In this document: piece by piece, positions 37,974 to 52,000 of the stretch
Layout of the letters: every line of letters starts with the position of its first letter
How positions within the stretch are numbered: position 1 is the stretch's first letter
Origin: Bugula neritina
Lineage: Eukaryota > Animalia > Bryozoa
Length of the DNA: 64,000 bases
Direction of reading: 5' to 3'
NCBI GenBank assembly: GCA_964035545.1
Contig: OZ037772.1
Span: forward strand, 496,001 to 560,000
Translations under genes and position numbers: made by a program
The notes under the pieces: generated by a model
What the model saw: only the letters and a program-made list of their open reading frames with translations
Database searches by the model: none
Told to the model about the DNA's origin: nothing

Positions 37974-38254
37974 TGTATGTGGAGTTTGAGTCACCAGCAA
38001 TAAACTATTCAGTGATTACAATGGAAACAATACAGCCTTTGTTAGAGAGTTAAAGCTGTGAGCTCAGCATGTTGTAGCTGGCTATCATGTATACCAGTGT
38101 TATTAACTGCCTTTGTTTAACATTATTTTTCCTTTTATTTTGTATGGTTTGTTGTTAATGGTTAAGTCTTTGATTTGGAAACCTTCAAATAGCGTGAAAT
38201 ATTATGCTAAGAGTATGTGTATCTTTCACAGCACTTCCTTATTATATAACCAAG

Positions 38255-41200
38255 ATGGCAGAATCCAGAGTTGTGAAAAAGAGACTAAACAATTCATATC
38301 GCTGTGGGTACTGCTCGCAGTACTTCAACAAACTTGAAGATCCCAGAACTCTGCCCTGTCTGCATGTGTACTGCATGAGATGTTTGAAGACTGACATAGG
38401 TGGTAGGAAGGATCATATCAGATGTGCTTATTGTAGGTGAGTTACAGCACATAACACAATATATCATGTCATAGGCTTGCATATGATTTTCTCACTATCA
38501 TCTAGGAGTTGTCTGATCTGTGTCTATGAAAAGCAAACAATACTGTATATTCTATGTGAACTCTGGTTACTAACTTGTGGAGTGTGTGGATATCTTTTCA
38601 TCAGGTAGAGAAAATAACTGTTATGTAGATTACATCATCAGCTGTCCTCTCTTGTTGAATTGTGGTACTGTTGGATGTCATGGGATTGGGGTTGTCTCCT
38701 CATTATATTACTTTGTTCTCATACAGTACAAGACTTGTTAGAGCAGTCATTCCTAACCTTTTTCATACCATTCCCACTTTCATACATGTTTACTATTAAG
38801 TCCCCTCCCTTTTGTCAATCGGAAATTTTTATGACGGACATAATGATAATATAGATTACTATGCAATATTTTTTCTCTTACATTTGAATATAATATAATT
38901 ATTTCTGATAATTATATTATGCATGTGTAAAACACAGAGCAGTTCAATTATTAATATTATGGCTGCAGCTGATGACATTGTGTCAGCTTGCTTTCAAACC
39001 TCCCACCCCAACCCCTAAACCCCAACCCCAATATTGTAATTAAAACACATTCATGTAGAAGTAGACTGAGATGGCAGAATTGGTTAAATAGATAAGCTAA
39101 GATGAAGGCTTATAGATATACATGTACATGTAACTTGCAAGAGCTCAAAAGTCTTCAACAAACTGCTTGAAATTTTTGAAATCAAAATCTCAGCTCCCCC
39201 TAAAAAGCCCAAATTCCCTCTTAGAAGATTCTCCCAGCTTGGGAACCGCTGTGTTGGATTGACTTGTGTTTACTATCTCCTTTCCTGTGATTAGAAACAT
39301 GTATGATGTTGTCATGGCAACACAGTTGCTGTGGCACAAAGTACAGTTTACTAGTATGTAGTGATTGTGTAGTGAGAGTGGAGTGTCTGGTTATTGTCCA
39401 TGGTTATGTGTAATCTGTAAGGAGTAGAATTATATTATTTTAATATAATGTTGAGAGAGGTACTTTTATAATGGCAGTTTGCTAAATAGCTTTAGTTCTA
39501 ATGCGATAGACTCATAACTCTGGAGTCTAGCAACTGCTACTATTACCACTAGCTGTTCAAAATTCGGGCTGCCAAAGCATAATAGCCATTGACAAGGCCA
39601 AGCAGTCACTGGGAAATTATTTGACTAAAGAGCAGGTCTTATGACAATTAGTAGTCAGTCCCTTAGACAGGAAACAGTGATTCTGTGACCTATTTAGTTA
39701 AATCCAGAGCTGAACTTTTGATTGACTATTAGATAGCCATCACAATTTTATTTGGTACAATATAATATTATGGGGTGTCAATCAGTGTCTAATATAATCT
39801 GTGAATTGAGTGTCTACTTCTTCTACCACCAGTCAGTTGTATTAAGTGTTACTCTGTATTGAGTCATGAATAGTGTTGAGGATTTGGGCCTATATTATGC
39901 CACCCCCCCTCTCTGACTTAGACTGAGACCCAACCTGCTGCACATACATAGCAGTACTACACTGAAGATAGTTAACATGTGTATGTGTCATCCTACTAGT
40001 AATGGATTACTAAGTACAAGTTATCCTATGACTCACTCTTCTTACGCTAGCTGCACGAGATAGGCAACACTCACACGTGACACGAACTCACAGTGCACTA
40101 GCTCTTGACACATTGCCAAGGATGATGAAATGACAGTTTCGCGCCACTCCTAGCAGTTAGAGTGGCAGGGAATAGTTGTAGTATGTTGTAGTATTGGCTC
40201 CTCAGAATTCACCCCTCAGTAATTAGTTGCATTGCACAAATTTGCAACAGTAGTGAATAATTATTGACAATATGGCCTCCACTCAGTAGTTAACTAGTAA
40301 TTTGTCTTGTCATTTTACAATACAAGTTACAGTTGAGTCTATTTGTTGAGTAGCAGTTCTTTGTCATGAGTGACTCTTCCAGCATATTAGTACATAATAT
40401 AGTCAAGTGTGTTTGTGTGATAGCCTGTGGTCTATATAATGAATGTGTGTTGATGAGTGATGAGTATTTATTTGAGTATTTGTCAAGGACATAGCTGTGT
40501 GTGTGGATGGAGTATTTCATTACTTGAGATATACTAAACACAGCTAACACAAGTAACATACTGATTGCTATATATTGTAGGAAAGATCACTATGACATCA
40601 CGGATCCCACAACACTACCAGTAGCTCAGCATGGAGACCCGCTAGAATACAAGTCTCCACCCAAACCTGCACCCATTCCCTGCGATGTGTGTAAAGGTGG
40701 AACAGAAGCTGCTGTGTTCTGTGTCGACAGTCAAAAAAAGTTGTGTCAGCAGCATCAAGAAGTGAGTCTTCCTTATGTCATTTCTCAAGATTAGTTACTA
40801 AACCAGTTCTGGATTGTGTGTAGAATATTATTGAAAAAAAATGTTGAGTCTGTGTGACTTTTTATACTAAACACACAGTTTCACAGTGCAGTGAGTCAAC
40901 TATGACAGACTTGTTGGTGAAAATACAACCAACTAAATTGTTGACCTTTATTATACAGAATCACAGAGAGCTGATGGGAGATAGACATCAGTTTATTGAC
41001 ATTGAGGTCTACAGAGCTTCTCCCCAAAGATATACTATAACTGAATGTGAACATCATAAACAGGAACAGCTGACAGAAGTGTGTTCCAAGTGTCACCAGA
41101 TATTCTGTATGAGATGTGATATGAGGACTGGCTGTAAGGATAAGACAGGTATTTACTTGCTGTTTCTATTTCTGTAGAATAAATCTGAGAAATATTACAA

Positions 41201-44200
41201 GAACCTGTTATTTATTATTTTATTATTAAAGTGAGTTATGTAACAGTAAAAGAGGAAGTAAGTTTGTCAGCATTAAGGTTTGTGTGAGACAGAAGTGGAT
41301 AGTGCAGGAGTTTATATTCTCACTGTTATGTTGAATATTTAGTGTATTTCATCCTTCAAGTGTTTGCTCCCTTGATAAGATGGTATAGGCATAGCTTTAA
41401 CTCAGTGGTGTCCCACCTTCTTCATACCATCCCCTTTTTATAAATATTTTCTAATAAGTTTCGGCCTCTTTGATAAAATTGTAATTTCATTTATAAAGAA
41501 AATCTTGGACAGGTTGTTTTCCTAATAATTCATTGAGTGTAGAAAAAGGCCAGTGTGTTTGACATGGACCAGTGTCTGCCACAACTTCAGTTCAGCTTTG
41601 AAAGCATTGATGCTGGTATTAAAAGCAATGAGTTGATGATTATACTCATTCATTTTAGGTTCAGAGTTTTTAGTACAGCAAATATAACTACTAGGTACGC
41701 AGTAAATAGTTTGTGGCGATCAGTTCCACTGACTGCAACAACTTCATGTTAGTTTTTACTTTCAATAAACCTTTTAGCCTCCATTCGTAGTAGGAGGGGT
41801 AGCAGCTAAAGTAGAGTGAATATTAGACACATGGATGTAGAAGTAAACTTAGATTGTAGAGTGTAATGTGGATAAATAAATGAACTACATAAAATGAAGG
41901 AGTTATAATTATACATATTCATGTAACCTGGAACACAAGGCAAGAGCTCAAAAAGCTGGTAACAAACTCTGTGAAATTTTAGAAATGAAAACCCCTAAAA
42001 AACTCAAATTTCCTGTGAAGGGGAAATTCCCCAAGGTTGAGAGCCACTGCTTTAATTTTTTTCAACTATTTCATTCCAAGTGCAGTGAATATCAATGACA
42101 TCTTTCTAGTCCAAGTCCAACTGTCTATAGTTATTACATAGTATGTGTGTAGTGATACATCATCAACCTGTAGTTACAGGTAGTAGGTGTAGAATAAGTA
42201 CAATGTCATATCTATAATAATGCTTTTATGAATAGTGTGATTTTATGTATACAGAGGAGACAGTAGCATCCCATGACTTGGCATCTTTGAGTGATTTGTC
42301 TTGTGAGTTACGAGAAAGTCTGACTGGTGGAATAGAGACTCTGTCTGAGAAAGTTGCAGAGTTGAATGACATCTCAAAGGATGCCTGGAAAGAATTGAGT
42401 AAAATAGAAGATGAAGTGAAGAAGATGGTTGCCAGAGTAAACGCTGTAGCTGACGCTCAGGTATGCTGACATGGTGATGTCATCTAATGTATTTCTGTTT
42501 GTCTGAAATTGGGTTTTGCATTTGGTTTTTGAGTTGTAATCAGGAATGAATTTCATTTGCCACTAGAATTAACTGGCCATTAAAGTATTACCATTCTGTG
42601 TACAAGTAGCAGTAGTCATTCATCACATGTCACTCAGTGCAGAGGAACCTGTCAATACAGGTGACTCACTCATCCTTCTGCAACTGTCAATCTCTCACAC
42701 AGAGAGGTTGGCTGTCTGAGTGATTGACAGGTGTCAGGAGGAGGAGACTAGTCGCGTGATGCACCAGCTCTCTGCTGTGTATAGAGTGTCACGTGACTGA
42801 GTCATTGTCCACTCAGTGGGTGATCTGTCACTTTCATTTCAAGTGCAGAGGTTGTGAGGTGCAGATGTGGTTACACTGTGTTACTATTTATTAGATAGAA
42901 AAGATTAGAAAGAGAGCTACAAACCTGAGGCTAGAAATATATGGATATTTAAAGAGCTGCACACAAATAGTGGATAATTATAGAATAGAGCTGGCCTTGA
43001 GTAAGACAATGGGCAGACAGTCTCTGCTGGACACAGTACAACATGCAGTTGATAAGTTCAATGATGCAGGGATTGTGAGAGACTACAAAGAGATGAGTGA
43101 GAAGATGGAAAAGGCTACAGATATTGGTGTAATAGAGAAGTGTGTACTTCCAGACAGCATCTTGGTACCAACATGTAGGTGGAGTCTATAAATAGTAACA
43201 CTAACTATAAATAACTTTCTGCTTGTAATCATGTGAGTTGCCTTCATTGAATATTTAAATAGTAGAATAAGTAGATAGAGTTTATTTATTAGAGAATTGA
43301 GTTTTGTTCTGCTCTCACATTACGAGACATTCCTGCAGTGTTTCAGAGTTTATGATGTATAAGTGAGCTGCTAAACTGTGTTATGCTGACTGCCTGCTGT
43401 CAGTATTAACAAGATATTCTCACTTAGACCTGTGCATCACGTAGCAACTTGTAGTAACTACAGACTGCTTGTATTTAAAACATCTTTTCATTTTAGGTTT
43501 GAAAAGCTGTTCCCACCTCCTCAGGTGATGAGATTCTCAAGTTATAGAATTGTTATTTTGTTGTTGCAGACAGTGAAGACAGTCTGGGACTGAAGCTGCT
43601 GCAGCCACCAGCTTCTCTACAGTCTGATGGACTTCCTGTACGTGACTGGTGTATCTCAGTAAACATCTCAGCTGATGGACATTTTATGTGTCGGACACTA
43701 GAAGGTGTAGAAGTAAGAAATAGAGAGACTCTGGATACTACCAGCTCAGTGAAGGACACCAACACTACAGTGTGGGGGGAGATAATCCAACCTGAAGGGG
43801 TGATGGTTGGCAGCTGGTATAACAGAGAGGAGAAAACAGTTGAAGTCTCACTTCTTGATCCGAACTCCTCTAAGAAGACTCGCTCTCTCTACAAGCATTC
43901 AGTAGATAGACTCTTCCTTAATTACTATAGAATAGCTCAACACGACTCACTGCTCTGTATTGTAGACAGGAGAGAGAAACAGCTGGTAGTCTGTAATCTA
44001 GTTGACAATAAAATACAGAAGTTCCCACTTCCTGAGATGAAGGACCCTCGTCCTGTATGCATCCTCCCAGACTCAACTCTCCTCATAGGAGACTACACTC
44101 TAGATGGTAAAGCGAGAAGATATAAAGTGGAGAACACAACTCTCACTCTAATGTGGGAGTTTCCTCGCATCTCACGGCCATCTGGTATTTCCTTTGATCC

Positions 44201-45403
44201 AACATCTGAACTGATTCACATCTGTACAGGGAGAGGACCTCTCCTCATCCTCTCACTTGAAGGTAAATACTCTGTTTATTATAGTAAGTTTAGTTATTTT
44301 ATATATAATTATGTTGTAGTATATAATGTATTTTAATAATCAACAGTAAACAACTTCCACTCATAAGATATATTATGATATTGTTAGTATTTATCAACTC
44401 ACTGATGTTATTTTTAGCTAAAATTTATGTAATAAAGAGTGTAACATGCTGATAATAGATGTTATATTCTTCATCACATGACTTGTAGCTAATAATAATA
44501 TTAGTGAATAATACTGCCTCCCTACAATAAGTTTATTTCCAGCTGCAGTAACATGCAGGATGTAAGCACAGGTAAAAGTGTATATTATATTGTATAGGTT
44601 TAAGGTGTACTCTGTGTAGTGTGCAGTGAGCTCTTAGTAAACTCTCTATTCAGTCTTCCTTTCCAAGGGTTCACCTGGTAGTGTAGAGGATAGGGACTCC
44701 ACACTGCTGAGTGAGTTGGTGCTGTGAGGGGTTCAAACCCACCTATCAGCGTGTCTAGTTAGTATACTATGCAAGTGTTTTACGGTAATTTTAGAGGTGC
44801 TCAGTCTAACAACTGTACAGACTGCCAGCTACACATGAGTTATGAGTTGTAGTTTGGCTTCAGTCTAGTGCTGCTATTGTTTTGGTCATCAGATAATTTA
44901 AATATAAATAATTTGATACTTTTTGACTGCCATTACTGAGACTATTGTAATTTGATGATGGCTGGTAGAGCAGTGTTTGCTGGTGGGACTCAGGTGGCTG
45001 CGGTTGGTTCTTGTCAAGTATTTAATATGTGATAATGTTGGAGTAGCTGCAGTATTATTAGAAGTAGACATGTGGGTGTGTTCTCGCTCAGAGCCACAGG
45101 CTAAGTTTGTGGGTCAAGGTCAATACAGTTGTATAATGAGATACTATTTTCTGCTGTTTGAGTATTTACTTCATGCATGTAACCTGCTTAGTTCCATCTT
45201 TAAAGGCAGTCTGTCTGTTTCTCTCAATACACACCAACTGCTACAATATGATGCTATTATTTACAGGTCAACTGGTGCTTACTGTTCCCAGAGAAAGTCT
45301 TGGTGTGAGTGACTGGGTGTTGGACATCGCTGTGTATAACAGAGACACAGTGTTTCTAGCATGTAGTTATGATGGTCTGAGGAGATACACAATAAAATAC
45401 TAA
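38255..45403 (+). CDS. Complete TRIM-like E3 ligase (RING, B-box, B-box, coiled coil, NHL-like beta-propeller), 622 aa, copy 2. Exons 38255-38436, 40581-40761, 40959-41148, 42255-42460, 42895-43174, 43570-44262, 45267-45403
   Basis: C3HC4 RING CGYC..PRTLPCLHVYCMRC..CAYC; exon lengths sum to 1869 nt in frame; GT-AG junctions; AATAAA near 45582. Confidence 0.88.
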
Positions 45404-45838
45404 ACTTATCAGCTACACTTTACTAATAATCAGCTCAGTGAGGTACTGAGAGATAAACTAGATAATATTTGTCATCAACATAGTTATATTCATTACAATT
45501 CATCAATACACACACTCTGTAATTATAGTTAGATATGAGATGTTTTACTGTATCAAATATGTGTTGCCAATTTACTATTTAATAAAGTTTATTTGTTAGC
45601 GAAAATATAGTCTGTTTTCATGTCTCATTAGCTTTAGTTCAAGTTGAGTTCGGTTAGTAACAATAATCTATACTGGAGCAGTAACTTTAAATGACTTGTC
45701 TGCGGGAGAATTTATTCACTGAATTGACATGCAGGTGCTTCTGTGTGCACAGACAAGTTGTAATGACTAACAGAAACTTTTTCAGTAGGTTCCAGTTCAT
45801 CTTGAATATAATAGTACAGCTTGTTGTCATTTGGTCTC

Positions 45839-46335
45839 CATAGTATTGATGGTACACTACCTTGTTTTGGCTTCAATAGTATTGATAGTATACTACCTTG
45901 TTTGGCCTCAATAGTATTGATGGTAGACTACCTTGTTTGGCCTCAATAGTATTGATAGTATACTACCTTGTTTGGCCTCAATAGTATTGATGGTAGACTA
46001 CCTTGTTTAGCCTCACTAGTATTGATGGTACACTACCTTGTCTGGCCTTAATATTATAGATGGTACATTACCTTGTTTGGCCTCAATAGTATTGATGGTA
46101 TACTACCTTGTTTGGCCTCAATAGTATTGGTGGTAGACTACCTTGTTTGGCCTCAATAGTATTGATGGTATACTACCTTGTTTGGCCTCAATAGTATTGA
46201 TGGTATACTACTTTGTTTGGCCTCAATAGTGTTGATGGTACACTACCTTGTTTGGCCTCAATAGTATTGATGGTATACTACTTTGTTTGGCCCCAATAGT
46301 ATAGATGGTACACTACCTTGTTTGGCCTCAATAGT
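45839..46335. repeat. 35-bp minisatellite, about 14 units
   Basis: Paralog of 7000-7422. Confidence 0.93.
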
Positions 46336-48721
46336 CTTGCTAACAGCACAACTTACAAGCTTCAACTAATTTAACTTGTTGAGATTTACATGAATATAAT
46401 ACATATGAAATGTGAAAATAGCATTAAAAGTCAAGCAAGGAATTCACATTTTGACACAATTATATACTTTCACTTGAAGGTAAGCTTGATGAACCAATAT
46501 GAACTGTTCACAGAGTTTACTGTGTAGGATTTGCACCTAGAATATTTAGTTACATCAGAGCTAAGTGAAAAATCTAACAGTTGATTTATTCTGTTGAAAG
46601 TTAATGTGTTGAGTATTGATCTTATTACCCAACTTTACCCGTTTTACTGTAGAGTTTGTTGATGTAAATTCACTTAATTAAACTACCCTCATGCAAGGGG
46701 TGGGGGTGGAATATTATTGTGAATTTATGCTTTACTTGTTATTATAGGGTCTATTTAGGCAAAGCTATTTCACCAGGTTTGTGATTGCTAACACTTTATT
46801 CTATTTATTTCAAGATACTAATAAAACTGTACAACTATCAAAAACACGTTCCATAATAAGAGAGAGAATATACAAGACTTTACAATAACAATTCCAAGTG
46901 CTCTCTGCCTGCTAGTCAAATAGACTAGGGCCCACTACAAGTATTCAGCTCCGCCTACTACTAATTATTAACAGTCACTGATTGGCCATCACGATGGCAC
47001 CATCACACTAGTTGATCTGCATGCTGCAAAATGCATCATGTCCTCTAGTTAAAGTGTGTGCATGGAGTTATCATTTCGATATAATAACATAATATACAAA
47101 ATCTCTGCAATATGCCATCTGGGATATCTGTATGATAAACTTAACTAATCAACTAGCAGCACCTTGGTTATTCAATGAAATTATCAAACTATATTATTTA
47201 ACTGTAACATTATCCTAGTGAAACCTCTTAACTGTTCCTCCTATTCACTAATCACCAAATTATTCTCCTCTACCAAATCAATACATTGTGCAGACTCCAT
47301 ATTTAATCTCCTCTACATACAGTTTATATTCCAGCTATCAGAGTCATGATTCTACATCACATGAATGTTCTCTACTTTAACAAGAGAATAGCCAACTATA
47401 AAAACCTGCTATAGCACACAATATAGCAACCTGTTATAACATGACATACAGTACATCAATATTCATTCACTACACAAAATATCTCAATACACATAACAAC
47501 TGGAGCTGCTGAAGTTCAATGGCTTATACAAGTTGAATTGAACAAAACACTACGTTGTTCTTCAGCATATCAACTAGTATGAGTAGTGTGGAGAGATCTT
47601 TTATATATATAAAAACTTGTGTTTGAAGGAAATATTAAATTATATTATTCCTCTTAGCATCACATGTAGCATGAATATCAACTTATAGTTAGTGAGTTAC
47701 TAGAAGTTTCTTTGTAACGGAAACCAGTCCGGGTTCCCCTGCAGTTCCATCTCAACGAGTCTGGCCTGAGCTGAGGTCACCGCATGATGACATCATTCAC
47801 TAGGTTCTTCTTGGTGTCTGGAAATTTTCCACCAGTTACTCCAGTGACTGAAAATGAAGTACTAATACCAGTGACTCGGTCTCAAACTTACTTACTGAGT
47901 CATTGTGATTATTAGTTGATGACTTAATGTTATAGTTAACTTATAGTCCTACTGACACTAATAGCTAATGTGCCATTCAGTCTCATCTTCATTCTCAGTA
48001 ATTGTAATACTGATATTAAGACTAACTAACGCCTAATGCTAAGTTCAACTACTAATTATTACACTACTAGAACTACTACTACTACTAGAAGTAGTAGTTC
48101 TAGTAGTAGTATTAGTGGCGGTAGCGGTAGCAGTAGTAATGGGAGTACTAGTAGTAGTAGTAGTATTAGTAGTAGTATGACAGCGCTTCTTCATAGGATC
48201 TGCCAGTCACCCAGTAGTTGTTGTCACTAAACTATGTGAAATATATAGAGGTCAAGAGGTCACCAGACTATCACCAACTTTCCATGTATCGATCTCAGAT
48301 CGATCTCAGCGAGATCGATCCATGGGAAGATGCCAAAGATCGATCTCCGTCGATCTGAGCTGGTCGGTCTGTGGAGCTCGAACTCAGATCAATCTCATGT
48401 CAATAAGACCATGGAAAGACACCAGATCGATCTGAGAAGTAGAAAAAGACTGCGTGCTACAATGTTGTCTGCTAATAAAAATGATAACTTATTGATAATT
48501 ACTAAGCAAAGTATTAAATAATCATGATAGCCGCCTTTTCAGATGCCAAAACTTTGACTTTCAGTACAATGATTAAGAAAACTCAATTATATGCAGAAGA
48601 AGGTAAAAAAAAATGGGAGAATTTAAATTGAGTTCAAATGACTATATTAAAACTCAGTTTCATAAGCTATTTCCTTTGTAATTTTAAGCCTAACAGTCCT
48701 GTAAGTTTATTAATAATCTGC

Positions 48722-48982
48722 AAGGGGCACACCCACTCCCGAAAGGGCCACACCCACTCCAGAAAGGGCCACACCCACTCAAGAAAGGGCCACACCTACT
48801 CAAGAAAGGGCCACACCCACTCCAGAAAGGGCCACACCCACTCCAGAAAGGGTCACACCCACTCCAGAAATGGCCACACCCACTCCGGAAAGAGCCACAC
48901 CCACTCTAGAAAGGCCACACCTACTACAGAAAGGGCCACACCCACTTCAGAAAGGGCCACACCCACTTCAGAAATGGCCACA
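48722..48982. repeat. 21-bp minisatellite
   Basis: Paralog of 14280-14478. Confidence 0.92.
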
Positions 48983-49098
48983 TTAGAGGGAATTCATAGT
49001 TTATCAACATAAACATAGTCTGTGGTAAATATTAGGTCTGTGCTAAACCCACTTGCTTTCTGTAAATAACACCAGACAAAATGAAGAATGACTCATAC

Positions 49099-52000
49099 CT
49101 CAGCCTTAGGTTGCCCCTGGATCTGCACAAAGTAGGCTGGTATTCTGTGCCCCCACCATAGCTGTCTGGAGATACACCAGCCCTTGGAGTTCCTCAGCCA
49201 TTTGTACCAAGTGACTGTGTGATAGTCTGGTATGATCTTTAGCTTGCCTGATTCTACTACCTGCATTATACATTCTATACTATAGATATACTATGCTATA
49301 GATATACTATGCTATAGATATACTATGCTATAGATATACTATGCTATAGATATACTATGCTATAGATATACTATGCTATAGATATACTATGCTATAGATA
49401 TACTATGCTATAGACATACTATACAGTACTAATATATATACTACACAGTACCAATATATTATACTATACAGCACTAATATATTATATACTATACATAATA
49501 TATAATACAAGTACCTCTACAGCCTTGGCTGCCATATCGTCACATGCCACATATCACTGTGGTTTGGGTATCGGCTCAATGATATCTTTAGATCGACTAT
49601 AACACAAGAGAACACAGTGTAGAGGTCATTGTTAACAGACAGACTCACATAGTAACAGTTCAACTCAACAGCATTGTAAAATATAATGGATATGTTAATG
49701 GAGCTATTCTTTAGGAGAACAAGAGAGGACAACTTCTATTACATTGAGATCTGCAGCTATGAGTCATTTTACTTAACTTAATACACAAAGCTATATACCT
49801 TTAGCTTTTAGCTATTGTTCACAGTTGAGCTGCTAATTCAACATTTTAATGTAAGAAACTATACACATTAGCAGCTAAACTGTGAAAAATAGCCAAGAAC
49901 CAGAGATATATGGTGTGTACTAAACTAAGTAAAATGACTCACAAGTAAACATGACCAGGAAAAGTTCAGGATCTAACTGGACGTGTATGAAGAAAATGTA
50001 GAAATCTAACAAGTTGGGATAAAATTGTAGAGAGAAGACGACTCACCTACATACAGGAACTACCATAGGGTTGTCTTCCTTTCCTTTGTATAGCCCCAAG
50101 TCTTCCAACCTTCTCTGAACAGCTTTACAGGCATCAAACCTGCACATGAGACTTACATGAAGTATAAATTGCTAATAGACTCACACCTGTCACCTGCTTA
50201 CAAATGTCACCTGCTCACACCTGTCACCTGTACACACCTGTCACCTGTACACAAATGGTATTAAACCACTAAAACCTATGTAGATCAATATTTTCTTGCT
50301 ATTAAGTTGACTAATTGTGAAACAGCCAAAATAGGAAAATAAGACCTTGTAGTGCAGTGAGCAAGGCAAGTTCAAGCCATACAACTTTAACATGTTGCAT
50401 TACAGAAGAAAGACTTGCTTCATTTTGGTAAATAACTATAAGTAATATTGGGAGTTACGCCACTTATGAGTAACAACATGGAGTTGTGTTTCTTTTCATA
50501 AACGCAAAAAGGTAAAAGTTACTTGTTCCTTCGAGGTAGCATATATAATGCAAGGAAAAACCATCTCAACTTAGAAATATGTCACACATTTAGGAGTTAT
50601 GCCACCTCTTTGTCAAAAACACGGAATACTAGATTCACACACCAAACAGTACTCGTTGCTATACGAATAGACTCCAACATAGTTCTCCTTCCGTATCTCA
50701 GTAAGCTGAGGGACCTGAAACCTCAATTCATGACACAGTAGAATTCTTACTATAGCAGAATACCATATTTAACACACGGATCTGTTAAATTATTTTGTCC
50801 CTACACACAACAGGCTATGAATATACAGGACAACAGGCTATGAATATACAGGACAACGGGCTATGAATATACAGGACAACAGGCTATGAATATACAGGAC
50901 AACAGGCTATGAATATACAGGACAGCAGACTATGAATATACAAGACAACAGACTATGAATAAACAGGACAACAGGCTATGAATATACAGGACAACGGGCT
51001 ATGAATATACAGGACAACGGGCTACGAATATACAGGACAACAGGCTATGAATATACAGGAAACAGAGCACCTGTCCCAAACTCCATCTCCACAAAGTCGT
51101 CAGCCACAATAGGTATTCTCCTGTCAGCAAAAAGATGTCTCGCAAATTTCCCGTCTAAGTGTTCGTATCGGCCGTCTTCAGGGTAGACAGCCACGGCAGT
51201 GTCACCTACAATAGTTACCAGACTTTATAGTCTCTCACAGTATTGAGTATTGATATACAATTATATATTTAGTGAGTCTTTACCAGATCCAACTTCACAG
51301 TCACTATACTCAGAGTACACAACTCCCAGTAAGTTAGTATCAAGCTAATTAACCACTAACCCCCTATTCACACTTACCGTATCGTACGCCGTAACAGCAA
51401 ATATCGGCCATTTTTATGAATGTCTGAGCTTCCTGTCCGGTGTTGCGGTACGGTAGGATCAAGCACTGCTTGATTCAAGTAAGTTGCGGCGGACTCCTAT
51501 TGGACAGAAAAACTTTTGCGTTAATTCATTGGATAAAAATGTCTAATGTAGCGTCATAGATCGTACCTAATAGCGGACTTTGAAAACTTCAACCCGCACC
51601 TTAAACCAAAATGGAATAATAAAATTAAAGAACTTAGGCTATCTCAAGTTCTCCACTACTGCTCCTAAGTGAGAAAGTAAGAATAGTTAGAGAGATCTAC
51701 TGGAGTTATTTCAACTGGCAGCAAGAGTCAGCCATTATTACGTTGCTAAGCAACAAAGCTATTAGTGACATTGATGTCTACTAACTCAACATAGTTTCTA
51801 ATCTAGTTGTGGCCACAATGATTTCTTCGTCAGAGTCTTACACTTTATATGCAAAGGAAAGGAGAACTCCGAACTCCACCTTCTCCTTGTAGCCAGGCAC
51901 AGAGAGCATAGTCCTTCCTGTCAACTCTACTTTGTTTACCTGCAATCAATGATACAACTCTCTCAGACTATACAGGTCAAAGGTTAAACTGTAGTGTGTG

